NCBI GenBank assembly: GCA_964450645.1
Contig: CAYVEB010000005.1
Coordinates: 178 to 64,177 of the forward strand
Source: an uncultured Oscillospiraceae bacterium
GTDB taxonomy: Bacteria > Bacillota > Clostridia > Oscillospirales > Oscillospiraceae
DNA length: 64,000 nt
Direction of reading: 5' to 3'
A program made the position numbers and the translations under genes. The notes beneath the pieces were generated by a model. It had not been told where the DNA came from, did no database searches, and was given only the letters and a program-made list of their open reading frames with translations. This document shows, in pieces, positions 57,854-64,000 of the stretch (position 1 is the first letter of the stretch; each line of letters starts with the position of its first letter).

Positions 57854-58290
57854 CTAAAGAAAGTGAGTAAAAGAGGGCGAGTAACAGTAAAAGACGCACC
57901 AAACCTTTACCTCCGGGGAAAGGGTCAAGAAAAAATTTTGTTTGATTGGACAGGCACTGTGACGTATTCTATCAAGTCCCCCGGCTGACAGCAAATTATT
58001 TCCATTGTCGTCCAAGATGCCATTTGGATGTATCCTAAAAAAATGGACAAGTATACAAATTGGGGACTTTTGAGCGAATTTCTGCGTCAGAAAGATATGA
58101 CAAGGCACCAACATCTGCCTGGTCAGCCCTGCCGTCTTTGGCGGCTTCATGGTGCTCATTTTCGGCAGTTTCATCTCTTTCATCAGGCGGTACATCCGAC
58201 CTTTACGGATATTTATGCAAGACTCCCGCGCAAGGCAAGGCGCATCTATTTCATCCCTTCCAGCCGCAAAAATGCGCCTGCTCCAAAAAT
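57854..58290 (-). pseudogene. IS3-family OrfB (integrase-core transposase) N-terminal remnant, multiply frameshifted and truncated
   Basis: Minus-strand frames give LARESCINIRKGRMYRLMKEMKLPKM...QKFAQKSP(N)...RIHPNGILDD, which matches the IS3 OrfB pattern ...V.RLMKEMGL...F.A..PN..W.TDITY. The DDE core is absent. Confidence 0.5.
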
Positions 58291-58302
58291 GGAAACAGGC
58301 GC
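58267..58302 (-). terminator. Intrinsic terminator of the serpin gene
   Basis: On the minus strand: GCGCCTG, a 15-nt loop, CAGGCGC, then ATTTTTG. Confidence 0.6.
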
Positions 58303-58326
58303 ACTTTCAATTCAATTTTGCTTATT

Positions 58327-59580
58327 TTACGCCGCGTCCAGCATCGTCCCGATGAAAAGCGGAACATTGTTCTCGCAGTCAACGAGCATATAGATAAACG
58401 GCCTATTCAAATACACTTCTTTTATTTCCCCCTCTTCCACCATCGCAGCATTATACGCCATTTCCACAGTCGTCGCCGCGCTGGCCTTTGTTCCCTTTTC
58501 ACCCACGCTAAGAAAGGTCTTATGCAAAACGCGGCTGATCGAAATATTTCCGTCCGTTGAAGTGCCAAGGTCCTCGAACTCCGCCCCGTCCGAATCAAAG
58601 GCCCTCGGCATGCCCATTTTCATGAGGATCTCAGACATTTCCACGCCGTATTCCGTTTCAAACTTCGGGATCGCCGTTTGCACCGTAACGTGTTCCGGAT
58701 TTTCCAGCAGCGCGTGGAACGCAGCGCCGTCAAGAGAGGCGACATACTCCGATACGCTCACGCCCTCTTTGGGGAGCATTGCCACAAAGGCATAATGCGC
58801 GCCATCATAGTACTTCATAAACCCGGTCGCTCTTTCATCCTCCAAATAGACGCGCTCTTCGTCGAACATAAACTCCACATCCTGCTTGGTTCCGTCTTCC
58901 CTTGTAAACATGCCGCCTTGCACTTGCGCCTCCTTGTAGACTTCTGCCCACTCAGCCTCAAAGGCAAGGGCGTTGACAAGGTACATTACCGCGTCGTGCG
59001 GAATTTCATTTAAAACTTCCGGGATCATACCCTCTGTATGCTCTTTTACCCAGTCGTTGATCGCCTTGCAGGTCTGGTCTTGAAAGGGAGCCTGATAAAT
59101 GGCAGCGCCGTAGTAGTCGGCATTAGTCTGCAAAAAGTCCTGGTTTACCGTAAATCGCGGATCTTCGTTCAGCCAAATGGCGTTGGCAAGGCTTAGCCGG
59201 TATTTACCGCCCTGCGGCAGGTTTTTCCGGTAGCTGTAGAGGTAAAGATTCAGTTCCTCCGCAGTCATGCCCAGAACACTACGCATCTGTTCGAGCGTTT
59301 CACCCCGCGCCCCGTTTGCCGTCATCGCCAAGGCGCACAGAACCGACAAGGGAGAAATCAACGTATTTTTTGCACGCTCCTCGCTCGCCTGGAACAGACG
59401 GATAGCAAAATCCATGACCCGCGCGTTTTCAGCGCTAAGGTCCTCCGCCGCGTTTACCGAGTTGGGCGTAATTCCTGCCATCAAATCCTCTTCCTTCGCC
59501 TGCGTCGCGCATCCGGCAAGATTCACCGCCATTGCGCACACTAGGAGCAAGCTGACACCAATCAAACCCATTTTTTTCAT
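58327..59580 (-). CDS. Serpin-family protease inhibitor, lipoprotein
   Basis: Lipobox signal MKKMGLIGVSLLLVCAMAVNLAGC and a serpin core (NAIWLNEDPRFTVNQDFL, INDWVKEHTEGMI). The hinge/RCL is GEKGTKASAATTVEMAYNA..., followed by NRPFIYML. Confidence 0.88.
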   Translation of the reverse strand: MKKMGLIGVSLLLVCAMAVNLAGCATQAKEEDLMAGITPNSVNAAEDLSAENARVMDFAIRLFQASEERAKNTLISPLSVLCALAMTANGARGETLEQMRSVLGMTAEELNLYLYSYRKNLPQGGKYRLSLANAIWLNEDPRFTVNQDFLQTNADYYGAAIYQAPFQDQTCKAINDWVKEHTEGMIPEVLNEIPHDAVMYLVNALAFEAEWAEVYKEAQVQGGMFTREDGTKQDVEFMFDEERVYLEDERATGFMKYYDGAHYAFVAMLPKEGVSVSEYVASLDGAAFHALLENPEHVTVQTAIPKFETEYGVEMSEILMKMGMPRAFDSDGAEFEDLGTSTDGNISISRVLHKTFLSVGEKGTKASAATTVEMAYNAAMVEEGEIKEVYLNRPFIYMLVDCENNVPLFIGTMLDAA

Positions 59581-59593
59581 TTCATCTCACCTT

Positions 59594-60127
59594 TCATTCA
59601 TAAAAAAATTTGTATTCCGGAAGCACCTTCCACGCCTCGGTTTTGGTCAGAATGTCCTGGACCGCTTTGCAGACGCTGAGAAATTTTTGCCCCGCGCTGC
59701 CCCGCGATTCATAATTCAAGACAATCTTTTCCGCCGCGATGGTTTTCTGGACGGCGTCGGTGCGGACGGACAGAATCAAGGTCATAGACGGTCTGCTCCA
59801 GTGTCTTTTCGTCGTCAGCAAAGCCTTGCGCCTCGGAAAGCTCCGTAAAGTTGGACACTTTGCGGTGCTTGAAATAGTCGAACGCGTGGCTCCTGCCGAT
59901 CATTAAAAGATAGGTTTTCAGCGTCACCTCAAAGTTATACCGATGTTTATGTATGATATGATTAGATCAGAAAAGGCATCAATTGCGATATCCTCGTCTG
60001 CCTGGACGTCATGCGTATAGCGGTCGATGAAGAATACAAGACTGCGAAACAGCTTTTCCATAAATTCGTCAAAGGCACTTTCGTCACCATCAGGGAAACA
60101 GCGGTAACTACTTGCGCCGTTATCCAT
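59594..60127 (-). pseudogene. Sigma-70/ECF-type sigma factor with two frameshifts
   Basis: Three consecutive frames carry the homology. Region 2: FDEFMEKLFRSLVFFIDRYTHDVQADEDIAIDAFSDLI. Second frame: (H)KHRYNFEVTLKTYLLMIGRSHAFDYFKHRKV. Region 4-like: AVQKTIAAEKIVLNYESRG...KAVQDILTKTEAWKVL. Frame changes occur near 59930 and 59790. Confidence 0.65.
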
Positions 60128-60390
60128 AGATCATCCTTCTGACTTTGGGCGTTCTGTCTTTCATTGATTATACGACGCAGCGGCGGGCAGTTTCTTAAAA
60201 AATTGAAAATTGTCTTATTCTATCACACACAGGCCCGAAAATCAACGTCCATCCCCGTCCGGCCCGCCCATGGCGAGAAAGGGTAACTACATTCTCCGCT
60301 GATCTGTCTGAGAAGGGCGGAGCTACCACTCCGGCCTATCAAAAATTTTCTTACATCAACTATTGATAAAGAGCCGAAAATGCGCACTGC

Positions 60391-60425
60391 AAAAAGCCAC
60401 AACCTTCCAGGGGAAAGCTGCGGCT
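60391..60425 (-). terminator. Intrinsic terminator of nagA
   Basis: On the minus strand: AGCCGCAG ctttcccctggaagg TTGTGGCT, followed by TTTTT. Confidence 0.6.
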
Positions 60426-60439
60426 TGCCATATTTGAAA

Positions 60440-61570
60440 TCAGCAAACACGCTTGCCGTCGATGTAGACGGACAAACAGTTTAGATCCCGGTCGCAGATT
60501 ACAAAGTCCGCGCACTTGCCGGGAGCAATCGAGCCGACCTGATTTGCGGCGCCTATTGCACACGCTGGATTGTAGGAAGCCGCGCGGACAGCGTCTTCCA
60601 ATGGGATGCCATAGTGGACGGCGTTCTTCATGCAGTCGAACAAATTGGAAACCGAACCCGCCAGCGTTCCATCCGCCAACGTACAGGTCTTCCCCTTCAA
60701 AAAGACGTCCTGGCCGCCCAACTCGTACTTCCCGTCCGGCATCCCACAGCAGCGAAGTGCGTCGGAAATCAGCACCATCCGCTCAGCTCCAAAGATCGAA
60801 AACGCCATTCGGATGATCGCCGGGTGGACGTGGATTCCGTCACAGATCAACTCCGCCCGCACCTTGGGATTCTCCGCCGCCGCGCCAATCACGCCGGGCT
60901 TGCGGTGGTGGATAGGGGGCATGGCGTTAAACAGATGCGTCACGTGGGTCGCACCGGCGTCAATGGCGGCTTTGGCCTGTTCATAGGTCGCGTCAGTATG
61001 CGCCAGGGAAACGGTGCATAGTTTGCTCACTTCCCGAACATACTCCACACTCCCTGGCAGTTCCGGAGCCAGATCCGCCACCCGGATCAGTCCGCCCGAC
61101 ACCTCGTACAGGCGCTTGAATGCGGCCACATCCGGATTTCTTAAATAAGCGCCGTTTTGCGCGCCCTTTTTCTTATCGCAGAAAAACGGGCCTTCCATCT
61201 GAATGCCCAGCAGCTTCGAGCATCCCTCCGGCCTTTCCTCGTGCAGCCGTTTGGCCGTCAGAAAAGCGCGCTCAAGCTGATCATAGGGCAGGGTCATGGA
61301 CGCCGGGGCAAAGGAAGTGATCCCCTGCTTGCCCAGGTACGCGGCCATCTTCCGCAGGCCCTCATCGCTGCCGTCGGAAAAATCGGCGTTGGAATTGCCA
61401 TGGTTGTGGATGTCGATCAGACCGGGAAGTACCAGCGCCCCCTGCAAATTCACAGCCTCCCGGGAATCCAGCCCCTCGAAAATTTGGCCAAACTTCCCCC
61501 GCTCCACGGTAAAGCCGCCCTTTAGGAAGCGAAAATCATTGGTCAGAATTGTCGCATTGCTAAAAATCAT
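60440..61570 (-). CDS. nagA: N-acetylglucosamine-6-phosphate deacetylase
   Basis: PGLIDIHNHG metal motif and the AHTDATYEQ and HLFNAM motifs. SD AAGGAG lies upstream of the ATG at 61570. Confidence 0.92.
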   Translation of the reverse strand: MIFSNATILTNDFRFLKGGFTVERGKFGQIFEGLDSREAVNLQGALVLPGLIDIHNHGNSNADFSDGSDEGLRKMAAYLGKQGITSFAPASMTLPYDQLERAFLTAKRLHEERPEGCSKLLGIQMEGPFFCDKKKGAQNGAYLRNPDVAAFKRLYEVSGGLIRVADLAPELPGSVEYVREVSKLCTVSLAHTDATYEQAKAAIDAGATHVTHLFNAMPPIHHRKPGVIGAAAENPKVRAELICDGIHVHPAIIRMAFSIFGAERMVLISDALRCCGMPDGKYELGGQDVFLKGKTCTLADGTLAGSVSNLFDCMKNAVHYGIPLEDAVRAASYNPACAIGAANQVGSIAPGKCADFVICDRDLNCLSVYIDGKRVC

Positions 61571-62987
61571 TTTTTGCTCCTTTGCGTGTCTCCGGTAAAG
61601 ACGCCGCCGCAACCGACTGCCCCACGCGTCTGGTTTTTTCGTCCGGCAGCATCACCGTCATTGACTTTGCCAGTTCCGGGTATTCCTCCGCCAGGATGCG
61701 GTTGCAGGTGGCCAAAATAGTATCTCCGCCGGCACCGGACATGACCCGTCCCAGCACCATCACATATTTCACATCATAGAAGCGGCGGTACAAATTCATC
61801 GTGTGAGCCAAATAACAGCCGATGCTCTCAAAAATTTTTTTCGCCCGTTCGTCGTTGGCCTCCATCAGCGCCTGCACAGCCTTCAGCTTTTCCGCCGGCG
61901 TCATGGCGTCGTCCAAAGCGATGCCCGCGGCGGGTGCCAATTTAATCACCGCGTCCTGAGAAAAATACTTACAGCCCACACCGATGTCGAACGACCACTC
62001 GTCCATCATCGCCTGCTCGGACAAATCCACCGGCGCGAACGCTAACTCGTTGAACCAGCCCAGCACATTTCCCTTTTCATCCACATAACCCACCGCCTCG
62101 CTGGTGCCCATCGCCATGCCCATGACCGCCGTAACACCCATGCCCATAGCGCCTGCCAGCGCCGTCACATCGCCGTCGTTGGCAACGACAATGGGGACGT
62201 CGCCGATTTCGGCCGCCGCGCGGTCAAAAATCGTGTGTACCAACTTGCGGACTTCCTTCTCCCGTGGCACCTGGATAAACAGCGACGATACCATCGGCGC
62301 GTTGCCGATGAATACGCCGGCGGAGGACACGCCGATCCCGTCCACGCGCGGCATCTTCGACGCCGCCGTGCGGAAAGCCGCAACGATCTCCTCAAAATGG
62401 TATTGGGGATCCGCATGGGTCTTGGGGTGCCACACGACCTCCTCGGAATAGACCGTTTTCCCGTCGATCACCGCGGAAACCTTGCGGTCGGAGCCGCCCG
62501 CGTCAAAGCCAATGCGGCAGCCGTCCATATGCCCGCCCACGGAAACCGAAGCGTCGTTTTCCCTGGGGAAATTTTCCTCCGTGCAGTCCACAATCTCAAA
62601 TCCGCGCTCGTACACGTCAGACATAAACTGCACGTCAAACCAGCGCCGGCCGTTTTCACCCTCGCCATTTTCAAAATAGACATACGCCGCCTGCAGCTTT
62701 TTCGCAATGGCGCTGGCGCCTAAAATGTAAACTTTAAAGCCGCCGATGGACCAGAGCAAAAACTTCACATAACGCTCCACAAAGCGGTAGTCGGCCTCCG
62801 CCATATCGGGCGTGCCGTAAATCTTCGTCCTGCGCACCGAAACTTTCCCCTGATCCCGTTCCACGGCGATGGCAATCGGGTGGCTCGCACCGCGCAAATA
62901 GGCGTCCATCCAGGCACCAAAGGGAATAAACTGGGGATCCAGCTCCGGCAAATTCTTGATCGAATATTCAATTCCTAAATAGTTCAT
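61560..62987 (-). CDS. ROK/ASKHA-fold sugar kinase-like protein with an N-terminal extension of about 190 aa
   Basis: The C-terminal 290 aa or so carry IGFDAGGSDRK, GVSSAGVF, VANDGDVTALAG and GTSEAVGY motifs, which are ROK/glucokinase-like. The N-terminal domain was not recognised. Start is the ATG at 62987. Confidence 0.75.
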   Translation of the reverse strand: MNYLGIEYSIKNLPELDPQFIPFGAWMDAYLRGASHPIAIAVERDQGKVSVRRTKIYGTPDMAEADYRFVERYVKFLLWSIGGFKVYILGASAIAKKLQAAYVYFENGEGENGRRWFDVQFMSDVYERGFEIVDCTEENFPRENDASVSVGGHMDGCRIGFDAGGSDRKVSAVIDGKTVYSEEVVWHPKTHADPQYHFEEIVAAFRTAASKMPRVDGIGVSSAGVFIGNAPMVSSLFIQVPREKEVRKLVHTIFDRAAAEIGDVPIVVANDGDVTALAGAMGMGVTAVMGMAMGTSEAVGYVDEKGNVLGWFNELAFAPVDLSEQAMMDEWSFDIGVGCKYFSQDAVIKLAPAAGIALDDAMTPAEKLKAVQALMEANDERAKKIFESIGCYLAHTMNLYRRFYDVKYVMVLGRVMSGAGGDTILATCNRILAEEYPELAKSMTVMLPDEKTRRVGQSVAAASLPETRKGAKNDF

Positions 62988-62994
62988 TGCAACC

Positions 62995-64000
62995 TCACAC
63001 GGCAGAATGTTTCGCGGACACCCTTGCGACAATGCGCTGCATTTCGTCCCAATGGGCCTCCATATCCGCCACAAGCTTCAGCTGGGCGCGTGCGCGCACC
63101 AGATTGTGATCCTCATAGGCGATTTTAAAATAGTGGTCGCCCTCCAGATAGTCCGTCAGGAAGCGAACCGCCAATTCCAGGGTAATGATTTTCGCGCCCA
63201 TTGGCAGCATCTGCACCTCTTTCGCCGTCAGACTGGGGCAGACGCTCAGATAGCCCTCCGTATAAATTTCAAACAGCCGCAGATCGATGCCCATTTTCGA
63301 CAGATCCTTTTCGTCCTCCGCCGCAGTTGCCGCGCCGAAGCGAATCGAATCGCCAAAATCATACACACTCAGGCCGGGCATCACCGTGTCTAGATCCAGC
63401 ACGCAAAGGGCCTTGCGCGTTACAGGATCCAGAAGCACGTTGTTCAGCTTTGTGTCGTTATGGGTCACGCGCAGAGGCAGCTCCCCACTCTCCCGCATCC
63501 GCTGGAGGGTTCCCGCCTCCTCGGCGCGGTCCAAAATAAACGCAATCTCCGCTTTCGCCGTTTTCGCGCGATCCAGAACGTCCCGATCCAGCGCGTTTTG
63601 GAACAGCCGGTAGCGGTTGACAGTATTGTGAAACTCCGGAATCGTTTCCACCAACGTCTGCGCCGGAAAATCAGACAACAGCTCCTGGAAACGGCCAAAG
63701 GCAATGGCGCTCTCATAAAAATCCCGCTCCGTTTCCGGGGCCTCCAGGCAAATGCCGTTGGCAAATTCATAGCAGCGCCAATACTCTCCGTCCGCGTCGA
63801 CATAGTAATAGACGCCCTCGCCGGTGGGGATAAAATGCAGGGCCTCTCTGGGATCCGCGACCTTTTCCTGCAAAAAACGAGAAATTGCCCCCACGTTCTG
63901 CATGAGCGCCTGGGGGTTCTGGAACACATACTTATTAATTTTTTGCAGAATGTACCGGCATTTGGCGTCTGTTTCCACCAAAAATGTGTTGTTGATATGG
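62995..64000 (-). CDS. nahK: N-acetylhexosamine 1-kinase-like (NahK/LnpB, APH-fold), 5' end beyond the window
   Basis: HINNTFLVETD...RYILQKINKYVF and the catalytic loop VTHNDTKLNNVLLD...LDLDTV. The frame is open to base 64000. Confidence 0.8.
   Translation of the reverse strand, partial: HINNTFLVETDAKCRYILQKINKYVFQNPQALMQNVGAISRFLQEKVADPREALHFIPTGEGVYYYVDADGEYWRCYEFANGICLEAPETERDFYESAIAFGRFQELLSDFPAQTLVETIPEFHNTVNRYRLFQNALDRDVLDRAKTAKAEIAFILDRAEEAGTLQRMRESGELPLRVTHNDTKLNNVLLDPVTRKALCVLDLDTVMPGLSVYDFGDSIRFGAATAAEDEKDLSKMGIDLRLFEIYTEGYLSVCPSLTAKEVQMLPMGAKIITLELAVRFLTDYLEGDHYFKIAYEDHNLVRARAQLKLVADMEAHWDEMQRIVARVSAKHSAV

Noticed and set aside
60290-60322. TPP-riboswitch-like CTGAGA and CTGATCTG strings
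   Set aside because: The order of the two boxes is reversed relative to the THI element. The GGGG..ACCC pairing and the pyrimidine-sensor helix are absent on both strands.

Overview
This window looks like a chromosomal segment of a GC-rich, spore-forming Firmicute of class Clostridia. That assignment is inferred only from gene content and order. About 60 genes are present, nearly all on the minus strand and tightly packed. Most are housekeeping blocks with Bacillus-like synteny:
- rsmD-coaD and uvrC
- mutS2, then recO-yqzL-era-ybeY-phoH-yqfD-yqfC
- a two-component system with comEA
- ydcC-like lipoprotein, alr and mazF
- ispH/S1 fusion, plsC, cmk and rluB
- ytfJ/ytfI-like genes with scpAB
- engB-lon-clpX-clpP-tig
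- yraN-rnhB-rbgA-lepB-rplS
- a NahK/ROK/NagA amino-sugar operon at the right edge

I found no rRNA, tRNA or CRISPR array. Three stretches look accessory or decayed:
- 1-1210: a serine-recombinase remnant, an IS5-family relic and a long hairpin.
- About 27.9-31.8 kb: an AT-richer pair, an LtaS-family sulfatase with SLH-like repeats and an unknown signal-peptide/4-TM protein.
- About 56.1-60.4 kb: IS3 fragments around a signal-less DUF11 repeat protein, a serpin lipoprotein and a frameshifted sigma factor.

The most checkable oddities are:
- an intact MazF toxin at the conserved alr-mazEF position with no antitoxin ORF
- clpX with no canonical start codon before its zinc-finger cysteines (perfect SD, then ACG, in frame with clpP)
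- a miniature threonine-synthase-like ORF lacking the PLP lysine region
- a frameshifted HI0933/BaiN-type flavoprotein
- a duplicated-repeat leader with a 7-codon uORF upstream of the ltaS-like gene
- a perfect PhoP-type Pho box array upstream of a Na/Pi-PhoU gene

I did not recognise a clear multi-gene novel system. All family calls rest on motif recognition by eye, not on database searches.
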